Shown here: piece after piece, positions 1-13,080 of the stretch | Numbering within the stretch: the stretch's first letter is position 1 | Layout of the letters: each line of letters begins with the position of its first letter | From: Octopus bimaculoides | Taxonomy: Eukaryota | Assembly (NCBI RefSeq): GCF_001194135.2 | Contig: NC_068990.1 | Coordinates: forward strand, 33,703,342-33,767,341 | DNA: 64,000 bases | Direction of reading: 5' to 3' | Program-made: the position numbers and the translations under genes | The notes under the pieces: generated by a model | Seen by the model: only the letters and a program-made list of their open reading frames with translations | Databases searched by the model: none | What the model was told of the DNA's origin: nothing

Positions 1-210
1 CCACACCACCAATGTTATCCATGGGAAAGGCAAAGGCTGATACAGCTTGGCACCAGTGATATCACAATTCCTTTCTACAGCTGAGTAACCTGAAGCAACA
101 GAGAATAAAGAGTCTTGCTCAAGAACACAGCACACAGCCTCAGTCTGGGAATCGAACTCACTACCTCACGATTGTGAGCCTGATGCTCTAACCACTGAGC
201 CATACACCTT
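1..210 (-). mobile_element. tRNA-derived SINE (family D), partial
   Basis: Minus-strand tRNA-like head with A/B-box-like motifs (plus: gggaatcgaactc...ctctaaccactgagcca); related copies at 24395-24680, 23010-23270 and 35195-35330. Confidence 0.7.
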
Positions 211-904
211 CACATTTCTTTAATGCAATAGTAGTAAAATGAAAATTCTTGTAATAGCAATAAAAAAAAGTACTCCTTTAATACTCGGATATATTCAAAG
301 AAGCCAGCGCTTTTATCCAGAATTAAGCAAGTTATTAAAAAATATCTCTTCATAGTTAGAATATTGGTTTGCCTCAGGTTACACAATGAACAATGACTCA
401 GCATGACTAGGCATCAGTTGAAGGTTTAATGTTTATATATTATATGTAAGATAAAGCAATCAGGCAGAGTCTGTCTCAGCTACAGCTATGTAACTGTACT
501 TCTGATTAATGCAGTAAATGACATTGTCCTGTGGTATCTACCTACCCCTAAGGTACATTGAACCAGCCAGAAACTATTGACTTGCAGGCTAGCAACCTAG
601 TTCATATGTTATCACAAATTAATGACCAGTAAACTTGTATGTCCAACTTTTAGATAGTTTCAATTTGAAATAAACAGAGACATAAATTGAAGTGTTATTT
701 CCTAAAAGCACAAAATATCTGTATCTGAACAGGCACCAGACAAGACATTAGTGATGAAAAGAAGCTCTTGTCTTTTTACTTCAGTCACCATTATTTCAAT
801 AATATTGTAGCAAGGCTTTGGCTGTATCTGAACTACCTTGCATTTATTTTATTTATCATAGCTAGGTTCCAGCCTGGACCACAGCAACAAACTCAACCTG
901 CCAC

Positions 905-1300
905 ACTTCTCAGTCTATCATCACTGCCTTGAAGTCCTGGATACATTCCAAGCCAGTGTCTGCAATCAAGTTGTCAATGTAAGTGTGACGATATTTTCCT
1001 CTTCTTACATCACAATGAAGTGGGTTCCACAAGACTAATTTGGATGCTTCCAGCCCAGGATGGTGCACACAGTGACCAGATAGTTGCAGCTGCCTTTGCT
1101 TGATCTTCTTATTAAATTTTGACATGTCTCCATAAAGGCATTCATTTGTCATATGTTGCTGCCATTTCACATTTAAGGCTATTTGTAGTGTCCTTGTATA
1201 GCATCCATATAGCCAGTTTGCATGCACTTACAGCTATGAGCCATGGCTTATCCATATAGTTATAAAAGGCATGATTAACCACCTTGGAGAATACAACACC
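905..1300 (-). mobile_element. RTE-clade LINE, 3' ORF fragment
   Basis: ORF 910-1227 reads YTRTLQIALNVKWQQHMTNECLYG...QRQLQLSGHCVHHP...LVLWNP...RRGKYRHTYID, typical of the RTE RT C-terminus. Confidence 0.8.
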
Positions 1301-3805
1301 CAAATAAATGTTAAGCATTCAATCAGCATTGGCTTGTGTGTATCAACTAACTGTGGTAAATAGCAAAGGAGGGTGATGTAAGCTTCTCATGAATTTGCAA
1401 TTTGAAGGGTTCTGCAAGGTTTTGTTCAGGGTTGTCTAAACTGGAGATTTGGTCCCCACACCAGAATCAACTCATATTCCACACAGAATTTTGTTACACT
1501 CTCCTGCAAGATGTGCTCTCAACTTCTTCAATTTGTCCTTATATATTACTCTAAGAATAAAGGTTAATTTATCCTTGAGCTTTGATGCTGAGATCTATCC
1601 GTCTATCAATTTAACTGTTCTGTTTACCCTTGTTTCTATAATACATGTAACAACAAGTTTAATGAAATCATTCTCTGCATCTTCTTTGTTTTAAATCTTC
1701 AAGTATTACCCACAAGCACATACAGATGTTCTTCATCATTATACAAATACACCTTTGTAGATATTTAAGATATAAACAAGGAAACTTCATAAATGTATGC
1801 AAAAACATACATATCTGCATGGTTATTTTTGTCCACAAACACAGCCTCTTACCTAATTGTATATTGTACACAACATAATACTGCCCTGTCTCCACTATAA
1901 AAATCTTTCACTATTGTACTTAAGACAGAGTGAACATGTGGCCAATTTTAGCACATTAGTTTTGTACAGCTAACTTTCAGGGAGTTATTTTTTTAAAGAT
2001 AGCTGCATATTTTAGAGGATTCCTTTATCAGCTTGCAAAGAAAAGAAATCATTGTGCAACAATTCCAATAAGTGAAATTCTAACTAAAACACAAAGGGAA
2101 ATGTGAATATCACTTCAACAATGAGATCTTATGTCTGGCTTGTATGGCTTTATGCATGATTAATAGTGGCAAATGTGAAATGATGTTGTTAATACTGCTG
2201 CCATTGAGGATGATGATGATGATGGCTACCAGAAACCATTCATTCCTTGTTTCTTCTCATGTGGTATTGGAAAAGGAAGGAAAAAGAACAAAGAAAGAAA
2301 TTTGAAAATAACACCACGGAAAATTATCTTACATCTATCAAAATATCAAAGAAAAAGTTGAATCATTTCTTTCTTTTTTTTTCTTTTTGCCTTTTCTTCT
2401 TCCTTAAAGCAAGATATCTTTGAAATTATACTTCCTCCAATTTTATTCTCATTTTCTGCTTCTTTTGAAAATTTGATTCACATCGGAAGAAAGAAGAACT
2501 TATAATAACCATTCAACAATATAACTTTCTTTCAATAATTCTAATATATTTTAATAGCATTCACTTATTTTTTTTTTTTCCTCTTGTTAATGATGTTACA
2601 TTTTAAACTAGATTTTTCCTATTATTATATGCAAACTTGATGTCTTGACAACAAAGAAAATTACTTCCCCTTGACACATACATTAACACACAGACAGAGG
2701 CAGCAACACTTCTTGAAGTTCCTTCCAACAATAATAATGGTGTAACATCCCAACAATGCAGTAATGAAAGATGTTTAGTGTCTAAAGACATTTATAAAAT
2801 TTACATAGTTATTAACTATTTATGGAAGATAAATGTGAGTCGAATATAGTGTTTAATCTATTTGTGTATTTAATGATTTTACTATTTTGCTTTTGTTTTT
2901 TGCTTTGTTTTGTTGTTTTTTAGGTCTTTTTTTTTTTACAAAAGAAAGCCATATTTTAATGGCAACACATAAATAATTGGCAGATGAATCCACTCAGTAT
3001 GTTTTTATTAGAAACAATCAGAAATTCTATGACAGACTCAATAGAAATAGATAAAGATCAATGAAGTCACAATTTCTGCTCTGAACAACCTCTGAAATAA
3101 ATAATTCAAAAGGAAAGTAATTACTAGTGGTTGTGGTGTCAGCAATAATGATAATGATCATGATCATGATAATGATGATGATGACTGTAAAAATATTCAT
3201 GATATCTTCTGCAGGCACTAAGATTTTTTTTATTTCTTTTGATAGGCTAAGTGAAGTATATGTTTTGTTAAAGAAACATTGTAAACATTAGGATGATGAA
3301 AATAAATTATTTCTGAAACTGAACACAAAATTCTTTATTGATAAAGTAATAAAAATAGGTGTATCACTGTTGACCAATGAAAAGAAAACTGAAATAATCT
3401 TTGTAGTTAAGCTTGTAGAAAATTTGATAGCGTTCCTACTTTATTGTAGGAATTTTATCTCATGGCATGTGTCTTAAAGTTTAAATGGAATGGTGTAAGT
3501 CTCTTAAAGTCAATAGTGTAGTAGACTCACAACAATAGCAGCAGAAGCCAGAAAATCCATAATCCAGGTGTGTAGTTGCTAAAGTAGATGGGTATCAGTC
3601 AGTTGGTTAAAGGGTACTCTGCTTAATTCTATAAGGGCTGAATAAAGTGCCAAGTGTTTCATGGCATTGCTGAACATCAGGCTTGGTAATTACGGTGGTA
3701 AAGCATTGAAATTATGACACAAATTAGAATTTTTCATTCAAAGTTAATCAAAGTGTAATTAAGCAGCAACTAGAATTTTGATAGATAAGAACTGCAAAAG
3801 ACCAT

Positions 3806-3870
3806 TGTCATCATCATCATCATCATCATTTAACGTTCGTTTTCCATGCTGGCATGGGTTGGACGGTTAC
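3806..3870 (-). mobile_element. 3' tail of RTE-tailed SINE/LINE family C
   Basis: (CAT)n followed by ttaacgttcgttttccatgctggcatgggttggac; the same tail recurs at about 11405, 35570, 45420, 54740 and 63945. Confidence 0.65.
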
Positions 3871-3981
3871 TGTGTATGTGTATATTTTGGTCAGTGTTTG
3901 TATTTGACACAACAATACTAATTTTAAAAAGTTTTCTGTCTGGCTGCCTGCCTGTCTGTCTATCTCTCTATCTATCTATCT

Positions 3982-4001
<20 letters not shown>

Positions 4002-4074
<73 letters not shown>
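4002..4074. repeat. (TA)n microsatellite
   Basis: Pure TA run preceded by (CA)n; explains the YIYIYI ORFs. Confidence 0.95.
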
Positions 4075-4077
<3 letters not shown>

Positions 4078-4504
4078 CATACATATAAGAGGGATGACCA
4101 CTAAGTGGACATCCGTTTTGCTAGAAGTAGACCACCTATGGTCTGACCACATAGAAAAGATTGTTCTCAAGAAAATTCAGCAAACACCAAAATGTAAGTG
4201 AGCAAGACAAATAAAAAGATACAAAATATAAAGATTAATCATAGACTAGTTTTGTTGTCACCACTTATATAATTATTTAGGTAATTGTCCGCAACTCTTC
4301 AGTATGATCGTTTTGGCAATATAATTTGCAGAACTATACATGATACATCCGCATGAGGTTGAACATGTATATGATTCTACCAATTACATTTGGGGTTATA
4401 TTTGAAAAGTCTTCATTTTGGCGCACCAAATACCGGAAATAATTCTGCAGAAAATAATTCGCTGTAGTGAATTTTGCTGGTTAGAGAACATGGTTATTTA
4501 TATT

Positions 4505-4785
4505 TAAATAATAAGGGTGAAAAATTGAATATTAATTTGACTAATACCAATTTAAAACCAGTGGCCTAGCATATTGAAAAAATCTGAAGATTCATAAAAA
4601 TTATATTAAATACATATAAGTATGTAATGTAATTTATATGTATTATTTATAAGTATGTAATATAATTTATATGTATGTAATATAATTTTTCTGAATCTTC
4701 AGATTTTTTTCAATATGCTAGGCCACTGGTTTTAAATTGAATATTAATCAAATTAATATTCAACTTTTTTCACCCTTATCATTTA
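4505..4785. mobile_element. Fold-back MITE with about 100-bp terminal inverted repeats
   Basis: Arms 4505-4608 and 4678-4785 are near-perfect reverse complements (e.g. aaaaccagtggcctagcatattgaaaaaatctgaagattca / tgaatcttcagattttttcaatatgctaggccactggtttt); TA at both ends. Confidence 0.75.
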
Positions 4786-4801
4786 CATTTATATATACAT
4801 A

Positions 4802-4972
4802 GGCACAGGAGTGGCTGTGTGGTAAGTAGCTTGCCTACCAACCACATGGTTCTGGGTTCAGTCCCACTGCGTGGCACCTTGGGCAAGTGTCTTCTACTAT
4901 TGTCTCGGGCCGACCAAAGCCTTGTGAGTGGATTTGGTAGATGGAAACTGAAAGAAGCCCGTCATATATATG

Positions 4973-5023
<51 letters not shown>

Positions 5024-5138
5024 ATGTGTGTCTGTGTTTGTCCCCCCAACATCGCTCGACAACCGATGCTGGTGTGTTTACGTCCCTGTAACTTAGCGGT
5101 TCAGCAAAAGAGACGGATAGATTAAAAGAGTAAAAGAG
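4802..5138 (+). mobile_element. tRNA-derived SINE family A (CORE-like CCTTGGGCAAGT block, internal microsatellite)
   Basis: Head ggcacaggagtggctgtgtggtaag...ggttcagtccc (A/B-box-like), internal (TA)n/(TG)n; more than 10 homologous copies in the window. Confidence 0.85.
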
Positions 5139-5148
5139 TAATATCTTC

Positions 5149-5319
5149 TTTCTTTCCTTTTACTTGTTGCAATCATTTGACTGCTGCCATGCTGGAGCAC
5201 CACCTTTAGTCAAGCAAATCAACTCCAGGACTTATTCTTTGTAAGCCTAGTACTTATTCTATCAGTCTCTTTTGCCAAACCGCTAGGTTACAGGGACGTA
5301 AACACACCACCTTCGGTTG
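5149..5319 (-). mobile_element. SINE family A, 3' half
   Basis: tttacttgttgcaatcatttgactgctgccatgctggagcacc...gtaaacacacc; inverted relative to 4802-5138. Confidence 0.85.
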
Positions 5320-6600
5320 CCATAATAAGACTGAGTCTTGGATGTCGGGGCAGAAATCTGCTCCAGCATCTCGTCAGTTATCTAGGCAATCAAAAAAGGC
5401 AATGGAAATGACCGTTAAACAAAGGGAAATTACTATGTAATTGACTGTTATTAAGTCAAAATAGCTATTAGAATGACCATTAAATAAGGGGAAAAAACCA
5501 AAGAGAAGAAAGTAAAAAAATAGAAATCACATATGTGGACATGTAAATACATACACACGCATGCACACACACCCACGTACATGTGTCTATATGCAACCAT
5601 AGATGCACACACACACACACGTGCACATACCCATATGCACACAATTATATTCAAATATATGTCTAAAATACGCACATGCTATATATGCATATGCTCACTC
5701 ACACTTGCATGAAACATGCATATACACCCATATATATATATATATTCAACCATACACATGTACATATGCATGTACACATATACATACCTGCACACACACA
5801 CACATATATATACCTATACACGCACTAAAATGTTTATACACACGTCTATATACACACATGCACAAGAAAAATACAGGGTGAAAGGTAAGATACAGAAAAA
5901 ATACATAAAAATATATAAAGCAATAAAAATATAAAAATATATAAAAAAATATGTTAAAAATATATATAAAAATATATATATATAGATATTTATAAAAATA
6001 TATAAATAAAATATATACAAATATATATATATATAGATATATATAAAAAATATTATTAAAATATATATAGGTATATATATAAAGACAGATAGATGGATGT
6101 GATATTCTAGATCAACTGATCATGCCCTTACTACAACAAAGAACTCAACACAGTGACATGTAGAATATATGTTTAATAATCCTGATGTTACAGCTGGCCA
6201 ATAGTTTCCTAGAAGCAGCTGACCAATCAGCAGTGAAATTATTGATCCAAACATGATCAACTGTTAACCTCTATGATAAGGCACCAAAGCTAATTCATAT
6301 TAAGTTATAGCAACAGCAGAACATTGACATAGTATAGTTCATACAAAATAGATTTGGGTTGGATTATATGCAGCTTAGATTTCCAAAACAAATTTCTTAT
6401 ATTTCTTGTGAGATAACAGCATGGAAGTATTTGGCAGATAACAAACAGCTAGATATAAGACAACCGGTGAGCGCTGCGAAAAATCTGTTGTGGATAAGCA
6501 CTTCTTGAAAGCGATAGATGAGAGGGAGAGAGTGTACTTATATGTACTTCACATATTTTCTCCTCCACTTCTTCCTCCTCCTCCTCCTCCTCCTCCTCCT

Positions 6601-7570
6601 CCAATGTTTGTTTTCCTTGCTGGCATAGGCAGTATGATTTGACCAGAGAAAGCCAGCATGAGAGCTGCACCAGGTTCCAGTCTGTTTTGGCTTGGTNNNN
6701 NNNNNNAGAGAAAGCAAGCATGAGAGCTGCACCAGGTTCCAGTCTGTTTTGGCTTGGTTTCTATGGCTGGATGCCCTTCCTAACGCCAACCACTTTACAG
6801 AAAATACTGCATGCTTTTTACATGGGACTGACACAGGTACTTTTATGTGGTGCCAGCATAGGTGCTATTATATGGTACTGGCAATGTGTGCTTTTTGTGT
6901 AGCCCTGGCATGAGTAGATTTTGCATGGCACTGGCACAAGGTTCTAGCAGGCCAATCCTCTTCAGCAACGGGAGTGTGGCATTAATACTTCTGTCTTGGA
7001 GGATGAGTCTTCTTGAGTACAGCAAGGTGCCAGATATCTTAGCCCTTTGTCATCTCCTGCATAAGGTCCAGTGTCCTGAGATCGTCATTCAGTACTTCAT
7101 CTCATGTCTTCCTGGATCTCCTGCTTCCACGAGTACCATCCACTTTGAATGATCAGCACTTCTTTATGGAGCTGTCAACATCCATCCACATCACATGACC
7201 AAACCAACACAGTCTTCTCTCTTGCAAATTGCATCTGCTTCCTCTTATGCTTAACTTTTCTCTCTACGCACTAGCACTTGTCACACATGTACACTTACAG
7301 TGTACATCTAGTGGAGCATACTACTCTCATTCCTCTATTGCCTTCACATGTCCTCTGCATTCAGGCCCCACATCTCACTATCATCTAGAATTGCTATTCA
7401 TATACATACCTCATACAGTCTTCCTTTCTCTTGGAAGAGAGACTTTTGGTCTCCAACAGAGGTAAACGCTCTCTGAATTTTCCCTATCCTATTCTTGTTC
7501 TAGCTATTATGTGCTCTGTACATCCTCTCCCACTATTAATTTGGTCCCCTAGGTAGCAGAAATTATCCAC
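6601..7570 (-). mobile_element. 5'-truncated RTE LINE (ORF end plus 3' UTR/tail of family C)
   Basis: Minus-strand frames give CHVMWMDVDSSIKKC...VDGTRGSRRSRKT*DEVL..DLRTLDL (RTE C-terminus), followed by the family C 3' region. Confidence 0.7.
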
Positions 7571-9006
7571 TACCTTTAAAGAGCCTTCAGGATATATAAG
7601 AATGATTAAATATTGCTCAGATTGTCAATGCATTCATAGAGAAATTTAATCTACTTAGAAAAACATATTTCTCTCATAGTCTGATTCTGTCTACTTTTCT
7701 TCAGTCTCAGAGATGGCTATACTGGAATTCAAGATGAAATTTTGTTAAAAATTACTCAGCTAACTGCTATCCTTATGGCAGAGGCTATCATCAAAAATAT
7801 AATTGGGAAGGGAGATTCAAGTAATAACTAAGAGTAAAATAGTAGCTAGGTGCTAAGACAAAAGCTATAATCTGTAGCAAGAACCAGAAAAATACCATGC
7901 AGAAAAAAAAAAAACTATAACCTTAAGTGGTATGCAGAAAAGGATTAATTAGAAACTCAAATTTATTTCATGATTGAAACTAATAGGTAAGGAATTATGA
8001 ATTTGTATTGATTTGAGATAGAATCTGAATTTTAAATGTCTTATGAATGACTTTGGAAACTAAACAAAACCTGTGAACATTGGCTAACAGAGAAAAGATG
8101 AAATAGAATCTGGATGCATTCAAAAATCTTGTATTGCAGATATAGTGTACCAATACCAACATAGAAGATATGACCATAAAAGTTAATCATTTGATTTACT
8201 ATCCTGACAAAATCTGAATGAGTTGGTATGACAGAAACTTTCTCTACACCAAGATCATATGTCATCTAACCATCTTATGTCTGAATATACAATCTCTCTG
8301 CCATCTCTATTAGCCTCTGCTAACCATGTGCACAATAAACCCCCATATATCCATATATATATATATTGACATGCTGTACATCAACTAGCAGCCTGTCTCC
8401 TACATTCAGCTGCACTTAACAAAATCAACAAATTACAAGATATATATAAACATGAATAAAATAAAGGTTGTTGTTGTGGCAACCAGTTATGAAGAGTACT
8501 GTAGATATACAGTAATGGTATTTACCAACAGTCAATTCTGATTTAAGAGAACAAGATGGTGATTGATATTACATACACACATAAACATACATCTAGAAAC
8601 ACATACAAGCGTAAACACTATTCGTATATCATATATTCATATATATTAGGAAAAAAACTGAAACATATTGGAAAATAGGTGGATCTAACAAATAGTTATT
8701 CAAGAGAGGTTCTCCTTTAAGTGGGGATTTAAAAGCACTCACAAAATTATATCACAATTTTATTGATTTTTCAAACTGAAGGGGAAAAAAAGTAGAAACA
8801 ATTTGCTCCTGGTGTTATAAATTTCGATTGAAGGAAAGTGTTATAAAAACAAAAATTCAATTATAAATGAACTGTGGATTCGAAGATTAAAGTCAACTAC
8901 CTCTAATATATTTTATTTTATTTCTGTCTTTCTCTTGTCTTCCTCCCCACTTTTATCCGATTAGCTTCTAAAGTGCAATTGAGGTGGGAAGTAGAAGAGA
9001 GAGATG

Positions 9007-9037
<31 letters not shown>

Positions 9038-9689
9038 TGTGTGTGAGAAAGAGAGTGAGATACAGAGATAGTAAGTGCAAGAGATCAAATTGTATACAGA
9101 GTATAATAAATGTGACATCTGTATGAAGAGACACATCAATATTTTGTTAAAAAATAATGAAAGCAATGTTTTCTTTATTTTCCATAATGTTTTTATTGTT
9201 ATTTCTTGTTATTTGTCTAGTGTTTCCTCTTCATTTGACAAGACTGTGGTGTGTGGCATAGATCAGTGTAATTAGTGTTAATATTGATGTAATGTTAGCG
9301 TAAAATTTGGCACCAATACAACTTCCCTAAACACTTGGCTCACATAGAACATAGAACACTGTGACAAAAGAAAGATTTTGGATTGTGTGAAAATGTTAAA
9401 ACTAGATGTTTGGCTGGAAGGCTACTACGTTTAGCCATTGTTACAATCATATTGCTCTCACTTTTATATCCATGCCACCATTTATGGAGACAGATCACTG
9501 GAAAGTGACAAAGAAAAGTCAATCATATATAAAATATGATGTTACTCAAGAAGTTTCCTCTTTCGTCCATGACAACCGCTTGGCATTTGGATGTCTTTGG
9601 TAGAATGGACTCTTACCAGGAAAAGCTGAAGCAGGAAAATATATTTTCATGTATTGCTTCTGACAGTAGGAATCCATAATTTGAGCTCG

Positions 9690-10580
9690 TTCACCCACCT
9701 GACTTTGAATTAGTACTGGTGACATAGGTGTAGACCATTTCTTTTAGATGTCAAGTTCTCCCGCTTGTCTAAGAATTACTAAAAAAATCCATAGATGTGG
9801 ACTCTTCCTGACTAAGCCATAAAAAAGAATAGAAATATTTACATTTTATCATGGCCACATGAAACATACTGACCAGACTTTCACACAACTGCAACAAATA
9901 AGGTTGTTAGTTATAATTTAGTTTGCAAAAAAGTTAGCACTCCAGCATAAACAAATGACAAAACAGTAATAACTTATATTAACAAGTAAGCTCCAAACAC
10001 CCCCTTCCACTCCACCAGGCTCTCTATCCAGCATACACATACCAAATGTGGAAATTCTTCCACTTGCTTCAAGCAAACAAAGCCACCAGTACTGACAGTG
10101 TCCTTTCCATTACAGTAAAGTGTTGTACCCCAGAATTTATTTTTATATTTGTGAGACTGTTTGGTTTTACATTCTCATTCGGAATATATTCTGATATCTG
10201 AATGAACACCCCAGGGTGTCTCATTCCAAAAAAGGGCAACACCTCTGTCCCGTTGCTCTCATCTCTAACCTTTCAAAGGTAATGGAGATAGCCATTAACA
10301 ATAATGTCCTCTGTTGCCTTAAGTTTCCCTCTCTCTTCTCTCTTCTCTAGTATGAGGCCCACCGAGCCAGATCCACCTGATACGTACTCTCTTATGTCAC
10401 TCACTAGTGGGCTTTCACTTCAGAGAAGTTTGGTAAAAGTAGTGCTATTGCTGTAGACATTAGCTAAATGTAGATTTCCAATCAAAACTTCCTGCCTATG
10501 GGCTCCAGCCATCTCTTCTATCTTGGCTCAGTAGCTTCTTATCTGATAAGACCATCATGGATGTGTTGATAAGTCTCTGA
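9690..10580 (+). mobile_element. CR1/Jockey-like LINE reverse transcriptase remnant
   Basis: Degraded frame PVALISNLSKVMEIAINNNVL...*YEAHRARST...FGKSSAIAVDIS resembles the conserved RPIALLS..SKV.E / QYGFR..RST / A.ALDISKAF RT blocks. Confidence 0.7.
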
Positions 10581-11404
10581 CAGAAAGAAAATCGCCAACG
10601 ATGCACACGTGGTCACAACATACATACATGCATGCATGCATACATACATACATACATACACTTTGAAAGTTGCATTCCCTCGCGATCGGTAAATATGTGC
10701 TTATTTTGGTAGTTTTGACTTATAAAATCCCTCTAAGCGTGAGGCATTACTGTATAGTAATGCCCTTATATAAATTATATTATATATATTTAAAGAAAAA
10801 AACGATGGGATTTTTTTTCCTTATGAGGTTTTTTCACGCTGACTACTTCATAAATTCTTATAAAGATTTTATCCTTATATTATATTATACATACATGCAT
10901 ATATATATATACATACACATAGAGAACAAATGAGCTATCATTACATCTTATAAACAGGTTTAAGATGAGTAATACTTTAAGTATTAACAGGTGAGGGATC
11001 AGTAATATCTTATTAACAGGTGTGAAGTGAGTAGCACTTTAGAAATTGATAACAAAAACATCTACAACTGTTTATATTAGTAACATGACAAAACAAATAC
11101 AGACCTGTATTTTCTCTGGAACTAAGAAATCACTTAATAGGGCAGCCAGAATGAAGACAATCCTGCCGTACATTGACCATTGTCAGTGATGACACTAGTA
11201 TTTAGCAGCACTGAAATAAAGGTCATTTTCCGAAATAGATTACCAAGATGGACAATTAGAATAACCAGATCTACTATCCAACTGATCCTTTATAACACTC
11301 AACAGACGGTCAACAGTGTAACATTCTATATCAATAATCAATTCATGGTTTGGTTTCTTTATATTTGCACACTGAATATTTTTTCCCACTGATTTAAAGA
11401 GAAA

Positions 11405-11725
11405 AGTAATCATCAACATTATCTACTATTCATTTTCCATGCTGGCATGGGTTGGACAGCTTGACAGGAGCAGACAAGGTCAAGAGCCACACCAAGTTCC
11501 ATAATCTCTTTTGGTTTGGATTCTACAGCTAGGTACCCTTCCTAATGTCAACCACTTTACAGAGTGTACTGGGTGCTTTTTTATGGGTCACCAGCACCAG
11601 TGCCTTTTACATGGCATCATCAACAGTACTTTTTATATAGCACCAGCACTAGTGCTTTTTAAGTGGCACCATTAACAGTGCTCTTTATGTGACACAATTA
11701 GCAGTGCTTTTTATGTGGCACATAA
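11405..11725 (-). mobile_element. SINE family C with short gtgcttttacgtggcacc-type tandem array
   Basis: Family C tail at about 11410-11460; 5-6 degenerate units at 11590-11720. Confidence 0.7.
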
Positions 11726-11869
11726 GCCATTTCAAAAACATACAAAAACCCGTTAGATGCACTTTCACATTTAAATTTAATTTGTCAAAATATTCTCGTC
11801 ACTTTGAAACCGCAACCTGTTCACTGACAAAATTCTCTGGCTTATATACGCCAGTCCATCACAGCTTTA

Positions 11870-12067
11870 CTCAAGAAACAGGGAGAAAGAGTGAGAGAAA
11901 GTTGGGGTGAAAGAGTACAACAGGGTTCATCATTACCCCCTGCTAGAGCCTCGTGGAGCTTTAGGTGTTTTCACTCAATAAACACGCACAACACTTGGTC
12001 TGGGAGTCGAAACCGCGATTCTCCGACCACAAGTCCGCAGCTCTAACCACTGGGCCATTGCACCTCT
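11870..12067 (-). mobile_element. tRNA-derived SINE, same head family as 52470-52855
   Basis: Reverse complement of gaggtgcaatggcccagtggttagagctgcggac...gcggtttcgactcccagacc...aaacacctaaagctccacgaggctc. Confidence 0.8.
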
Positions 12068-12086
12068 ATAAGAGAAAATGATATAA

Positions 12087-12330
12087 CATCTAAAATAATA
12101 AAAGCGAAATTCTGTCTGTCTATCTGGGACCCCTGTATGTCAGTCTATATTTGCTCTACATAAATATATACCATTTTGGAATCAGAATGATCCCAAAATT
12201 GAAAATCTGCCCTTAACTTGGTTCTTAAAAATCCAGCATTGGGATCTGATTTAAAAGCATTTGGGTTGCTATTTCTAGCAGGTAAAGCTTGACTGATTCA
12301 TGCCATCTTGGTTGGCATTTGTCAGACGAC
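12087..12330 (+). mobile_element. Possible non-autonomous Helitron 5' end
   Basis: Starts a|TCtaaaataataaaagcgaaattctgtctgtc, reminiscent of Helitron TC termini; no clear 3' hairpin plus CTRR found. Confidence 0.3.
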
Positions 12331-12725
12331 GTTAGAGATCAGGGGGGAGATAAATGGCATTCACTTTGTTAATTTTATGTTGAGATAAGACCTTTGAGAC
12401 AAATTGGCCAACTGTTGGAATTCAACTTGGGGCTGGAACAATAGAATGATTGCATTACAGAATTAATTCTCATCCATCCTTAACCTTTGATCAAACACCA
12501 CTGTGTCATATAGTCATTATAGACATATTATAGTCATGCTATTTAGCTTTCTCTAGTTTTGGGCCACTGGCTCAATTAGCCCTCCACAGGAGCAAGTTTA
12601 AAAATCTTCACAGAGGGCAGCTTTTAATCTAGTCTATAATATGATGATTTTCTATTCTCCTGTATATGGTGTACAGTAATAACTATGATATAATATATTG
12701 CCACTTTGGTATGATATATAGTATA

Positions 12726-12899
12726 TTTATTTCTTTATTGCCCACAGGGGCTAAACATAGAGGGGACAAACAAGGACAGACAAAGGGATTAAGTCGATCA
12801 CATCGACCCCAGTGCGTAACTGGTTCATATTTAATTGATCCCGAAAAGATGAAAGGCAAAGTCAACCTTGATGAAATTTGAACTCAGAACCTAAAGACA
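12726..12899 (-). mobile_element. SINE family B, 5'-truncated
   Basis: atttctttattgcccacaggggctaaac...gaccccgaaaagatgaaaggcaaagtcaacc...gaactcagaac; homologous to 16913-17147. Confidence 0.85.
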
Positions 12900-12949
12900 A
12901 TGATATATAGTATACTGTAATAACTATTACATATCATTAATTTGCTGTT

Positions 12950-13080
12950 ATATGGTTTATATCTGTGATATCACATCTGTCATATGATGTCACATGATGT
13001 CATATCTGTCGTATGATGTCATATGGTTTATATCTGTGATGTCACATCTGTCATATGGTTTTATATCTGTGATGTCATAT
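12950..13080. repeat. Degenerate minisatellite (atatctgtgatgtcacatctgtcatatggttt-like, about 32 bp)
   Basis: Repeated tatctgtgatgtcac/atctgtcatatg units. Confidence 0.75.

Noticed and set aside
7705-7831. Plus-strand acceptor followed by LRDGYTGIQDEILLKITQLTAILMAEAIIKNIIGKGDSSNN*
   Set aside because: No recognisable homology, no partner exons, and opposite strand to AGBL4.
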